Numbered from the whole stretch's first letter, positions 13,901-27,113 are shown. The stretch is 61,566 nt of DNA, filler included, from Kipferlia bialata (GCA_003568945.1; 3 parts of 3 records of this genome joined end to end with filler, not necessarily neighbours in it); one strand, 5' to 3'. The notes: generated by a model from the letters alone, not told the origin. Program-made: numbers and translations.

Positions 13901-15960
13901 CCCCCCCGGCCTGTGAGTATGGGGTGTCACCCTTGGATGTGCATGTCACATAGGGTACAGCACCCTCTAGGGGGTACTGCTCCCTCCTCGCTCTCTCTCT
14001 CTCTCTCTCCTTCTGTCTCAAGGGATCAGTGTCAGTAGAGACCTTGGTCTTGGAGGGGGAGCCCGACGGGGACCTGGAGTTAGATGTATATACTATTATC
14101 ATGCATATGCTTGCACACATATACAATACTGTGCAGTGAGGATGCAGCGAAAATTCCCAGGTCATACATAGCATACATTCCTGGGTGGCGAGTGTATCCT
14201 CTGCAAGGATGGCGAGAAGCAGAGAGATAGGAGAGGAACGAATATCCATAGTACTCGTATGCTACATATACATACACATGGTATAGTACATATACGCAGT
14301 ACATACCTGGGTGGCGAGTGTATCCTCTGCATGGATGGCGAGTGTCCCAGTGACATAGGGGATGCAGGGGGGGAGTCCATGTCTCCATCCTCATACACAT
14401 GCCGCACTGCTGCCCTAACGGCATGTCTAGTGCCACTGGCTGGGATAAGAGTATATATATGAATATAGTATCATATAGATTTTACATATTTACATATATT
14501 TACATATATAGTATGCCGCACTGCTGCCCTGACAGCATGTCTAGTGCCACTGGCTGTGGTTAGTATACATATATATATATGTATGTTCACGACAGAGAGG
14601 AAGACAGGAGAAGAGAGCCTCGAGAGAGAGAGATTGAGCAATGCCAGAGGATACTGTGATGCGTCACGTCTAGGAGTGGAACAATGTACCTATGCCCCTC
14701 TCTGCCCCCTTGTCCATCAGAGACAGGGCTTCTATATAGTAATAGCACTCACTGTAGTACATAGTATATAATACCGTCACTATAAGAGGTAGTATCTATA
14801 CCTATGCCCCTCTCTGCGCCCTTGTCCATCAGTGCCAGGGCATCTCCCATGGCACAGAGCAGCGAAGTGGTACGGTCCTAGTGTAAGATGTATATATGAT
14901 TGATTGTGGTTAACAAATAGATATATCAACCACCGAACACATACTATGTGTGTACCTGCATCACGGGTGGTAGGGTCACCACCTCCACCCCCTTTGTGAG
15001 CATGGTGGGTGCTGACAGGAAGAGAGACTCCAGCTCAGAGGAGGCAGTGGCGAGAAACCTATTTCCTCCATTAGGCCCTTGTCCCTCTGTCAATGTCCTA
15101 CCAGGTACAAAGGCATCCAACACGGCCCCTCCGTCTCCCTCCCCTAGTAGGGACAGATACGCGCCGTGCTTAGTAGCAGCCACCCCTAATCCGCTCTCTC
15201 TCCCTACCTCTCCCTCTAAACATGATGGCATGACGCTGGCTAACGACAGGGATATGAGGGAGAGTGGGAGGTAGTTGGGTGTCTGGACATCCATGTACCG
15301 GCACAGAGATAGGTAGAGAGAGGCATCAGCAGCACTCTTCCCTACTTGTGTAGGATCTCTTCTCTCTCTCTTCCCCCCACAGAACAGTCTCGATAGAGAG
15401 AAGCACTTCTCTGAGGATGGTGTGGGTGATAGTGTGTGATGCGTGGGGACAGGGGGTGTGAGTAGTGGTGATGGGGGGAGCACCACTTGCACCACATCCA
15501 ATACAACTATCCTCGCACTCTCTCTCTCCCTCTCTCTCTCCCTCTCCCCATCGTGTGTCTGTGTATCATATGGATACAAGGCAACCTCAAGCAGTACAGG
15601 TGAGTGCACTATGGAGGAGACCTGCCTACAGAGCATGGAGAGAGAGAGGAGAGTGGAGGGGGACACCCTGATATCACTCTCTCCCCCTCCCTCTACTATG
15701 TTGAGAGGGGATGTGAACACTCCACCTCCACCCCTGCACTCCACCACTCTCCTCTGGACAATATTCCCCTCTCCTTCTTCCTCTCTCTCCCTCTCTATGA
15801 CTGAACAGGGTGTGCCGTCACTGGGGGCATGTACACATGCAGCAGAGGACCAGCTAAGGGTAAGAATTCATTCATTACTATATATATATATAGAGAGAGA
15901 GAGATTGTGGGTGCATGCACAGAGGCAGCAGAGGACCAGCTATGGGTAAGACTCATATAC

Positions 15961-15991
<31 letters not shown>

Positions 15992-17448
15992 ATTGTCGAG
16001 AGAGAGAGAGAGAATGGGTGCATGGACAGAGGCAGCAGAGGACCAGCGAGAGTAATAATATACTGAGTATACATACGGAGAGAGAGAATTGAACAGGTAT
16101 CAGTATACAGTACACTATACCTTCTAGCTGTAGGTCAGTGTCTGTGTGCAGAGCAGAAGAAACGATGGCCAAATTGACAACGAATACATGCCAAGACAAC
16201 ACAGCGATTTAGTACATATCAAATAGCATGTAGTATATAGTATACATTACATACCTCTTTGTTGAGTGTGTCAGTGTCTGTGTGCATGGCAGCAGGGATG
16301 GACAGGGGCCATGGAAGGTACGCACACGGGCTGGAGTGAGAATACAGTAAGAATTACATACATACAAGTACACTGAAAATCCTATATATATATATATATA
16401 CATATATATATGTGTGTGTATGTGTGTGTGTGTGTATTCATTATGTGCAATACGTTTGAAATGATGGATGGACAGGTATCATACATACATGTATATGTAA
16501 CTCTACTATATATCTATCTATATGTACATACATACCTGTATCCCTTGAGACCACATTTACATATAGTATCATACATAAACATACATGTATGAATCTATCT
16601 ATCTGTATGTACAAATATACCTGTGTCTCTCTCCCCGGTAAGGTCACTGGGTCTGTCTAGCCATGGCACCGTAGGGGCTATCTATATACTTATATATATA
16701 TATATATATATATATATGAATACCTGTGTCTCTATCTCCTCTCAATGGGTCTGAGGATATGGCCATGGCACTGTAGGGGCTGGTCTGCATCTGTTGCACA
16801 AGAACAGCGCCTTGTAGTGAGATACTTATACCAATTACAGACGAATACACCCCTATAGAAGTACAATAACATATTGTCGAATCATATGATATCAAGATAT
16901 GAACACTACCTTTCAGGGCCAGCAGTTCCTCCAGGACCCTCTCCCTCTCAGTGGGGAAGAAGGTGAAGGGTGTATCTACACCCTCAGTCTCCACACCATC
17001 TATACCATCTATGCCATCTATGTCGTCCACCACAGAGGTGGGTACACGCCTCACACTGTTGGAGAGTCTGGCAAGTGAGTAGAAAGACATACAACAGACA
17101 ATCATAAGTAGGGACAAGAGAGAGAGAGAGAGTGACAGTAACAGAGATATCCATACCTCCTGAGTGTGTCTGTGGAGTAGAGGTGTGCCCAGGTGGCCAG
17201 GACAGACCTAGGGAGTGAGAAGGAAGATTGCTGAGAAAAAGAAGTGGAGGGTAACAAATCTGGCACCACTGGCACCACTCTCATATGTGAAAGAGAGACA
17301 AAGAGAAGGTAAAGCTACTTTACCTCATTAGTGGCTGTACCCTGGCAGGCACTGCGAGATAGGCATGGCCATGGGTGGAGGTGCCAATGCCTGGTGGTGT
17401 AAGAAGTTCCGCAGATGGCTATATAGATATGTGGAGATGTCCCTGATA

Positions 17449-17479
<31 letters not shown>

Positions 17480-18755
17480 TGATAATGACTTGATGATGGT
17501 TAGGAATACATATACACATACCACTGAGTCTGACTGCCAGCCTTGGATCCACTGTGGTATATAAGTATACATACGATAGTACAGATTCAAATGTATGACT
17601 GCATATAATACATACACTATATAGATATAATTACACATACCACTGAGTCTGACTGCCAGCCTTGGCTCCACTGTGGTGCACAGAGGGTCATTGCTGATAT
17701 GCCTGGGTAAGGACATAGGTGTATTGACTTGACAGGGGATCAATCGAGTAACATATGTTGTGGAGTGAGTATATATACATGTTTAGTGTCTCTCCCAGCT
17801 CCAGTCTGAGCCATGTCAGTATATATACATATGAGTATATATTCATATATATATATGATTGTATACTACATACCTATCCAGTGCCTCTGCCAGCTCCAGT
17901 CTGAGCCATGTCAGACCATATACATATAAGAATATATATATATATATATATTCATCCCTACTATATATATATATATCTATCTATTCTCACCTATCCAATG
18001 CCTCTGCCAGCTCCAGTCTGAGCCATGTCAGAGTGTGCTCGGGGGCACAGGTGAAGTGCGTCAGAACACTGACGTAAGAATGATAAGGACGGATAGGGAG
18101 ACAGGGAGAGAGAGGGAGAGAGAGAATTATTAGGGTATGTTCAGGGGCACAGGTGAAGTGGGTGAGGACACTGAGATGAGAGAGAGAGAGAGAGAGAGAG
18201 AGATTTCAGATGCTATTGAGCCAGGTACCTCTGAGCCAGCACACATATTTCTAAGTATTATTACTATGAATTATAAGTATTCATTAGTATACTTGTATTA
18301 TAGAATTATTAATACACACAAAGAGAGGAACGGGTATACATATATATACAATGAGATATATAGTAGTTGTACCTCTGAGCCAGCACACCACACAAGGCAT
18401 CGCCTCCATCGGACAGAAGGGCAGGGAGAACCTGGGTTAAGGAGTGTGAGAATATATATAGATATATATACAGATAGATAGATATAGATATATATACATA
18501 TGCATCGGACAGAAGGACCTGGATATATAAGTATGAGAAGATGTTTTGAGATATATATAGATATATGTCTATATATATACAATGCATCTGACAGCAGGGC
18601 AGGGAGGACCTGAGAGTGAGTGTATGAATGATAAAGGTATAGAGCACAGCAATATATAGGAGAGAGAGGGAGAGAGAGAAATGATAGGGCGGGGAGGACC
18701 AGAGTATAAGAGAAGGGGGGGGGGGGGGAGAGAGAGGGGAAAAAAAAAAAAAAGA

Positions 18756-18797
<42 letters not shown>

Positions 18798-19126
18798 GAG
18801 AAGACACTCACGGCTAAACCACTATATCACACAGTACTATATAATACAATACACTATCCTCGAAGTAGTATAACACATATATAACACTCTTGTCTGCCTC
18901 TGCACAACTCTCTCTCTCTCTCTCTCTCTCCTCTGCACAATCATTTCATTATCGTGTCTAGCAGTGTCAGCATCGAGATACATTATACAGCTGGTGTGTA
19001 AACACTCTCTATGTAGACTGTACATGATACAATGGCACGCATTGAGTCACAGAGGATACGCATCCCTACCTTCTTGGTCAGTCTCTGCACATGCATCACA
19101 AGGTGATCCCTCTGTGCGCCGGACAT
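3042..19126 (-). CDS. Very large multi-exon hypothetical protein (roughly 2000-3000 aa)
   Basis: First exon 19126-19070 (MSGAQRDHLVMHVQRLTKK|gt) splices in phase to VLPALLSDGGDALCGVLAQ, SVLTHFTCAPEHTLTWLRLELAEALD and later exons. Long coding exons lie within ORFs 14944-15747, 13233-13742, 12347-12946, 6829-8778 and 6155-6949. The last exon ends RRLCRELGDALN* at 3042. Phase continuity was checked for about 19.1-16.9 kb and about 15-12.9 kb only, and the gene spans a 100-N gap at 5714-5813. No domain recognised. Confidence 0.6.
9815..10201 (-). repeat. Four tandem ~110-130 bp units, each an intron 3' end + AG acceptor + exon 5' end (exon-echo array)
   Basis: GCATCGATCAGCTGGTGCAGCGCATTCCTAGA recurs at ~9823, ~9933, ~10046 and, degenerate, ~10175. 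The intronic spacer GAGAAACTCGTATAAATGCACTATCTAGTATA is also duplicated. Confidence 0.9.
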
Positions 19127-19307
19127 TGTCTAGGGTATCAATGTATCCCTTCCCTTCCCTATATATCCTGCTTAGTATGAAAGAAGGAGTCAATAGTGAA
19201 CAGCCAAAAATTCTCGGTGTCGGAGTTCCACCTACACCCTTTTTCGGCTTGGTTCCTTGAAGGTCAGATACTCGCTTGTCTACCTAAGTGTCATTGGTAC
19301 CCCCAGT
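19127..19307. promoter_or_regulatory. Putative compact bidirectional promoter region
   Basis: 181 bp between divergent ATGs (19126 minus, 19308 plus). Lacks the TA/GA microsatellites that fill the introns. Confidence 0.55.
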
Positions 19308-20612
19308 ATGAAGACTGTTGTCATCATATACACATCGGTCACTGGTAACACCAAGCATGTGGCTGAGGTATGGCTCCATGGGTGTATCCCCCTCTCCCCA
19401 TCTCACTCTTGGATATATTGTGTATACAGTAGATAAAGTTGCGTATCTACCTCTCTCTTCCTCTATGTCTGCCATTACACTCCTAGATGGCCCCATGGGT
19501 GTATCCCCATCTCTCTTTCTCTCTCTTGGGTCTATACAGTTGATTGTCTAGGTATCTTCCTCTCTTCCTCTATATATACCATATACCGCAACAGTAAGGG
19601 ACAATAGTGCATTGAACCACGTTGTTGGATCTATTGCAGCACCCCCTCTCTCACACTTTCTCCATGTGTCTATTCGATCACTATCAGTCTTCCTCTCTCT
19701 CATTCTCTCTCTCTCCCCCATAAAGTGTGAGTTTGTCTTAACCAGGCCTTTGCTGGGTGCCGGACGCTTGGATGTACCTCTCTCTCTCTCTCTTCCTCAC
19801 TGTCTCTCCCAATACTCTCCCTCTCTTCCCATACCTTTGTGTTATATGTATGAATAGTGTATATGTTGCAGGGCATACATATATACACTATTCATTGTGA
19901 TTATATATTTACATTTGTATGCTTGTAAATATATGTTCATACATAAGCACTATTCAGTGTTATTATATATTACTTGTAAATATATGTTCATCTTATCCCC
20001 TAGGTCATCGCTGAGTGTCTGACCAGGGACCATTCCCGACTATCAGATATATACATATCATTAAGAATATGGGTATACACTATGTGTACACATATCTTAT
20101 CCCCTAGGTCATTGCTGAGCGTCTGACCAGGGACCAAGGCACAAGTGACACATTCAGTGGGGACGCCATTACTACAGTGCTAGGTAGGGGACATATACAT
20201 AGTATACGCGTAGTACACAAGGTAATTACAAATATATGTATTTATGTATAGAACGTATAGAGAAAGAGAGGGTGGCAGACGTCACATTCAGTGGGGACGC
20301 AGTCACAACTGTACTGGGTTAGTTATTTATATAGAGATATTACATATCTGTATACGCCATTACTACGTAGGCACATCGTGTAGTAATAATGTCTCTATCC
20401 CTCTCTATCTCTCCCAATGTAACTATTTTTCACTATTCTAGCCTCTAACTCTCAATCAATGCCGACACTGAGTACATGAGACAGCACACCAGACAGTACT
20501 AATTCTGTATTTATATATATGCATATATATATATATACGACTATATATATATACCCTAACTCCAGTCAACGCCGACACTGAGTAAAAGAGACAGCACACC
20601 AGACTAATAGTA

Positions 20613-20646
<34 letters not shown>

Positions 20647-23600
20647 TATAATACATATCCCTAACACAGTCAATGCTGATGTGGAGTACAAGAGACAGCA
20701 CACCAGACAGGGCTACACCGGATATATAGCTGGTGACGCATACATTGTGGGTAGTACAACGGCAGGTATGGGGTAAACCATATACTCCTCTCTGCCTCCC
20801 TCTTCCTCTCCATATCCCCTCTGACCCCCCAGCCTCCAGGATCTCTGACCTCATGAGGGAGTACCTAGGTAGGGATGCATATCATAATTTTGTTATACCC
20901 AATTTACTATAACATATACTATTATTTATACTAGTGTCATATATATACCTCGGTATGTATTTGTGCTGATAGAAATGTGCTAATGGTCTATGTTCTATGT
21001 TACTATTAACATACTCTCCTCTGATACTGACACCTGGGCAAATGTATGTGCATCATAGTCATATGTGTTCTTTCTCTCTATTGTGTTCATCATGATTTCA
21101 TATGTTCTCTCTCTTTCCTGTGTTCACAATGATATCTCCTTCTTACCACAACCCCACTGCCATGGTGTCTGGCACAGCCACAAGTACTACTCTCTCTCTC
21201 CGTCTCTTTCTAGAGTTACTTGTATTACTATTGTTATTGCAATAACACGCCTACCATAGGCAACTACCCGACTGACATGGTGCCCTGTACATTGTGTACT
21301 ACTCTCTCTCTCTCTGTCTGTTTCTTGTGTTACCTTCCTGCATACTATGGTTATTGCAGTGTCACACACCTACCCTAGGCAACTACCCCACTGACATGGT
21401 GTCTGGCAAGCCCTGTGCTGTGTATGCACTGCATGCAGGGGACTGTGGATACGTCAGGTATGGTGGGTACTGTATATAGTATATAGTTAGTATCTGTATG
21501 GGTAAATACTATAAGTGGTGGGGACTGTGGATACGTGAGGTATAGTGGGTACTGTATATATATGTGTATACCAATATGTATTATGGTATTATGGTATATA
21601 TCACTATATATATATATAATATACATAATACTGATACTGATACTGATACTACTATACTAACCACTAGACGTGGTCTGTGCACTCTGATGAAGGGGAGGGT
21701 ATTAATATTAATATATAATACTGGTATATATACGTGTGTATGTATTATTGTTATATATGTCACTTACCCACTAGACGTGGTCTGTACACTCTGATGAAGG
21801 GCAGGGGCGGCATCCCATGCTCAGACCAACAGTTCAAGGTGGGTATAGATATGGGACATACATATATGTATATGTGTGCTGTTGGGTGGAGTACTTTACT
21901 TGTGCTTGTATATGCACGGTTCACGGCGAAAATCACTAATATGGATGAAATTACGTATTTTAGAGTGTTGTCGACATTTCATTCAGTATTTGGTCTAAAG
22001 TGCGGTTCTGCAACGTGTGTATTAATTGGTAACCAGCTGGGGCCCAACTTGCTCCAGTACTCTCTCTCACTCCCTATCTCTCCGTCTCTATCACGTAAGG
22101 CTATGTTTATACACCCATTCTCACCCCCAGGCCCCTACCAACTTCCTTCCATTCAAGAGCTACCCAAAGACAGGTATAGAATATCCGCTATCTTTCTCCT
22201 TCTCTCATTATTTCTATCTCTCCCTCCCTCTCTAGACACCTATATCAGGTAAGACGTCTAAATAGAAAGCACGAATACTTCCATACTTCTCTCTCCTCCT
22301 CTAGCCCACTATTCCAGGCAATTCTCTTGAATGATAGATATACGTAAATATATATAAGTACACCCCTAATTCCAGGTGGAGACCCTGGGTTGGGTCAAGC
22401 ACCACCATATACTCTCTCTCTCTCTGTCTCTCTCACACTCTCTCTCTCTCTAGACCCTTATATCAGGCGAGACTCTAGGTTGGGTCAAGCACCACCACGA
22501 CACCATAGCACCCTGGGCAGACACACTGCTAGGTATGTATATATATATATTTATATATTAATATAGGTAGATTGATTCACATATATAGATACATTAAGAG
22601 AGGGAGTGTATAATAGATTAGTTACACCATGGTACCTTGGGCAGACACTTCTTGGGTATGTATACGCACTAGTATAGTGTATGTCTATGAACAAGTGTAT
22701 TATAGTATTTATAGATAAGGATATACCTCCATGACACCATAGCACCCTGGGCAGGCACTCTCTTGGGTATGTGGATATAGTATATACAGATACTTATAGA
22801 TAGATACTTATATATATATCCCCATATAGCTATATAGCTAAATGGCTATAATGAGTGTTACTTCTGTCTGATACGTCTAAAACCAGCCTCCTTCGACGCT
22901 GCTGTGGCTGATCCCACCATATAGATAGATACATATATATATATACACATAGAGTGCTACTCATGTATTTATATGTCTTATCAATACTCTTACACCTCAG
23001 CCTCCTTCGATGCTGCTGTGGCTGATCCCACCAGGAAGTACAAGGCACCAAAGGGAGGTAAGTATGTGGTGGTATACATAAATGGAGAGAGAGGGAGAGA
23101 GAGAGAGAGAAAGAAAGATACCCACCAGGAAGTACAATAAGCCGAAGGTACAGATAGATATATGGAATCTGTATGTATGCCCTTTACATCCTTGACACTC
23201 ATTTGACTTCTCTCTATACATCTATCTCTGCCCCCCTACCCCCTTTACCCCAGGTGTCATGGGTGGTGTGATGGGTCTGATACCCGGCAAGAAGGTAGGC
23301 ATATATATGCATGTATATATACATGGAAGAATGTTTGTATCTATAAGGTTATGGTATTATACCCCCAGATTGATGTGATGGGTCTGATACCCGGTAAGAA
23401 GGTAGGTTGTATGGATGGATATGTAGTTATGGATGTATATATATATGTATCTACGTCATTGTATGATGCACCGCGATTGGGTCAGTGTGATAATTCGTTG
23501 TACCCGTTATTTACTTGATTGATTCCCATGATATATTCTACCCCCAGATTGACTCTATGATGCGTGGCATGCTGATACTAGAAGATATATCTTCTTAATT

Positions 23601-25970
23601 GATTCTTGCGATTGATTCCTGCGATGTATTCAGCCCCTAGATTGATTCCATGATGCGTGGCATACCCAAACTAGGGTCTGCCAACCTAATATATTATTAT
23701 ATATGATTCCTGCGATATACTAGTATATTATTAATTGATCCCCAGATTGACTCCATGATGCGTGGCATGCTCATACTGATACTTGCTATACTATATACTG
23801 ATACTTGGTATTATGATGTATTTCTGCTAAAAATGATTCCACTTCAGATTGATTCCTGTAATTGATCCCCAGATTGACTCCATGATGCGTGGCATGATGG
23901 GTCAGTTGGTGGCAGACCCACACAGATGCCTGAGGTATAGATATGGGAATATACATGTCACCCTTAGTGCCAAGTGTGTGTGGCATATACATATGTATCA
24001 TATAATATGTATGAATATGTATAAACGTTTACCCCCAGGTGTGCCAAGTATGTGTTCTCCCTCTCTCTCTCTCTCTCTCTCTCTATCTCTATCTCCCTAT
24101 ATCTCCCACCAGGTGTGCCAAGTGTGTCACTGTCTGTCCCTATGGGGCACTGGCCATGGTACAGGCAGAGACCGAGTCCGGTATACTACGTATATAGATG
24201 TCTACACATAGTGTGTGTGAAGAGTGGTTGTGTATGCGTGTGTATTGTATCTTGGAGGAAGAGACAGAGGCAGTGGTGTGTAGCTGTACTTATAGTCTAT
24301 TGTGCAAAATGTCCTTAAATTCACAGTATTCTTACTCATTCTCAGACACCACCTTTGACCGTCCTCTGTCCTCTCTCTCTCTCTATATATATATATATAT
24401 TCATAGAAGTGGATGTATATACTGATACTAACACCAGACGTCACCTTCGACCCCTCCTGTGTTGACCCAGCCACTGCATACTACCCACTCAGAGAGCAGA
24501 ACACAGAGTGAGTGGATGTGTATTATGTGGATATGTTAGAGGAGCGGATGAATAGGCAGTACACTACCTAGGTATACAGGCCAACACAGAGAATGCATTC
24601 ATCCGTATAGGGGGATGTGTGTGTAGTATTGTAGTATATATATATATATATATATAGTGGTGTATTTATATCATTACTGACCCCAGGTATATCCAGGATA
24701 GCAGCTGGTGTCAAGATATACACTGTATGAGAGCATATCTATCTATATACATATATATATATATATGTGTGTGTGTGAATGTCTAACCCCCCAGGTATGT
24801 CCAGTCCAGGATAGCAGCAGGTGTCAACTCCACCAGGGTGGTGGTGCATGACCAGGCACTCTGCCACGGGTGCTACAGGTATAGATGTATACACGTGTCT
24901 CTCTCTCTCTATCTAAATGTATAACTATATATTTATTTATGTGTGTATATATATAGAGAGATAGACAGAGATTTTGGTGCATGACCTGTCACTCTGTCAC
25001 GGATGCTACAGGTGTATATAGATATATATATGGAGATATATGGATATATGGAGAGAGAGAGAGAGAGAGAAGGAGGAGTGACTGTGCCACGGGTGCTACA
25101 GGTATAGATACCATTGCCCTATACACGTATGGACAGACACTAGTTAAGATATAGATGTACAACTATTGACAAGGCACTATGCCCCTGGGTCCGGGTAATC
25201 AATACACACAATAGTAATATATGTGTGTACACTAAATGTATATATATTTGTATTCATTATTTGTATCTTTATATAGTGTCTTGTGTGTACTCTCCCTCTC
25301 ATCACAGATGCATCCACGTGTGCCCCACCGCTGCCCTGAACCCAGTCAAGAGACAGGAGACATGGCGGAGTATGCCTAGGTATACACAAGTGTATACAAA
25401 TACTACGAGAGGGAGAGGGAGAGATACATCAAGATATGGTGGAGTATGCCTAGGTATAGGGTTTGTATGTATAAATACTAAGAGAGGGGGAGAGAGAGAT
25501 ATATGTCAAGACACGTGGAGGAGTATGCCAAGGTATACACTAGTGTATATATATATATATATATACATATATGTAGAGAGAGAGGAAGAGAGAGAGAGAG
25601 AGAGAGAGAGAGCCAGGACACTTGGAGACACAGGCCTAGGTATATACGGTAGTCTATATGGTAGTGTATATATGTATATTTGTGACACACACATATACAT
25701 ACGTGTATGTCAAACTCCATTTACACCTACACCGATGGCATTGTTGTGGACTAATATATATATAGATACTTATAGAAATATATCCCTCTCTCCCTTTGTC
25801 TGCCTTGCTCCAGATACACATACACCGATACTATATAGTATAGTATAGTATAGTATAGTTTGTAGTATATATCTAACTCCAGGTACACCTACACCGATGG
25901 CATTGTTGTGGACTCCAGACACTCCAAGATGGGTGAGGGGGAGTTTGATAGGGTCGTGATCAGGGAGTAG
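19308..25970 (+). CDS. Flavodoxin-like domain fused to two 4Fe-4S ferredoxin motifs (EFR1-type architecture)
   Basis: Exon 1 (19308-19367) reads MKTVVIIYTSVTGNTKHVAE, the flavodoxin FMN-phosphate loop S/T-x-T-G-N-T. Later exons give GKPCAVYALHAGDCG and IDSMMRGMMGQLVADPHR. Spliced CLR|CAKCVTVCP and CHGCYR|CIHVCP are two CxxCxxCxxxCP motifs. The last exon ends FDRVVIRE* at 25970. Confidence 0.85.
23540..23895 (+). repeat. Exon-echo array: three upstream copies of CCCCAG/CCCTAG|ATTGA(C/T)TC(C/T)ATGATGCGTGGCAT before the functional exon
   Basis: Copies at ~23548, 23641 and 23746, with the functional exon at 23873. Period about 95-125 bp. Confidence 0.9.
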
Positions 25971-26476
25971 AGAGTAGAGGAGAGTAAAAGGGTAGAGACA
26001 GAGAGTAGAGGAGAGATGAATATTGAGATGTGGTTAGAGAGTGTTCATTGGTGTCAGAGAGGTTAGAGGTAGAGAGAGAGTAGCGCATGCCCCATCCCTG
26101 GATGGAAAGCGTCGGGAAGACATACCAATATACATGTTTGTATATGATACATCCCATGCATGAATAGATATGTACCAATACTCAATGCACCGTGCATACA
26201 GTTTCATATCACCTCACGCTGACAGGAATCCACAATTCAACACCACAATTCAAACCCAAACAATACTGACAAGCCATCTTTCCACTGATTTACTCTAGTC
26301 TGATAGGGTAGATAGACAAGAACAAAGTCAAGAGATCTGCTTCCGACCACTGCTATATAGGCCAATCACTATGCCTGGGCAGCCAGACCCGAAGCAGGCA
26401 GTACAACACTCACTCACACCCTAGGCACTAGCTAAGCACCACCAGTCAATGTCTCTCTCTCTCTCTGTACAGTTGT

Positions 26477-26713
26477 CTACTGGGAGAGGGGGAACATGGC
26501 GGAGTACTCGGCGGTGTCCTTGAGCTTCTTCAGAGCAGCCTCGATGCCCTCGTTCAGCTGGGCGGCGTCAGACTCAAAGTTGCGGAGGTCCTCCTCAGAC
26601 AGCTCAATCAGGATGCCGGTGACCTTGCGGGCCAGCTTCTCAGAGTGCTCCTGGGTGAAGTTGCGGGCTCCGAGGGTGGCAATGACCTGCTTGTAGATCT
26701 TGTTGCCGATCAC
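26477..26713 (-). CDS. PABP: Terminal exon encoding a PABC/MLLE domain, probably cytoplasmic poly(A)-binding protein (rest lies beyond scaffold end)
   Basis: VIGNKIYKQV..LARKVTGILIELSEEDL..E.DAAQLNEGIEAALKKL resembles the MLLE consensus LGERLY..V..AGKITGMLLE.....L..KVxEAxxVL. Strong G/C-ending codon bias, as expected for a highly expressed gene. Confidence 0.75.
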   Translation of the reverse strand: MIGNKIYKQVIATLGARNFTQEHSEKLARKVTGILIELSEEDLRNFESDAAQLNEGIEAALKKLKDTAEYSAMFPLSQ

Positions 26714-26721
26714 CTTGGGGT

Positions 26722-26752
<31 letters not shown>

Positions 26753-26776
26753 AAAAGGGGGGGGGGGGGGTAAAAA

Positions 26777-26876
26777 NNNNNNNNNNNNNNNNNNNNNNNN
26801 NNNNNNNNNNNNNNNNNNNNTTAATTAATTAANNNNNNNNNNNNNNNNNNNNNNNNNNNNNNNNNNNNNNNNNNNN
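26777..26876. other. Artificial scaffold-joining linker (N44-TTAATTAATTAA-N44)
   Basis: 12-mer with stops in all six frames centred in Ns. An identical construct lies at 58495-58594. Confidence 0.97.
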
Positions 26877-26882
26877 GAGAAA

Positions 26883-26925
<43 letters not shown>

Positions 26926-27113
26926 GGGAGAAGGGCAGTATCTGTACGTATTCACTGACAGATTGGAGAGGGGTCAGGAGGCTAGGGGGGAGGAGAGAGT
27001 ATGAGGGTGGATGGTAAATATGAGTGACCTGTAGTGAGAGACAATTTCACCTTATAGTATACGCATACACATAAAACACAAGCATGCACATAATAAACAC
27101 CGCTTCCACCCAC

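Noticed and set aside
18298..18884. Poly-Pro/poly-Gly ORFs
   Set aside because: They come from a G/C and A homopolymer tract within an intron, which is probably also unreliable sequence.
23540..23895. Regularly spaced direct repeats resembling a CRISPR array (also 9815-10201)
   Set aside because: The repeats are copies of the adjacent exon start plus splice site, the spacers are related low-complexity intron sequence, the context is eukaryotic and there are no cas genes.
26821..26832. TTAATTAATTAA palindrome as a biological element (also 58539-58550)
   Set aside because: It is centred in symmetric N runs and has stops in six frames, so it is an artificial scaffold linker. Gene adjacency across it is meaningless.
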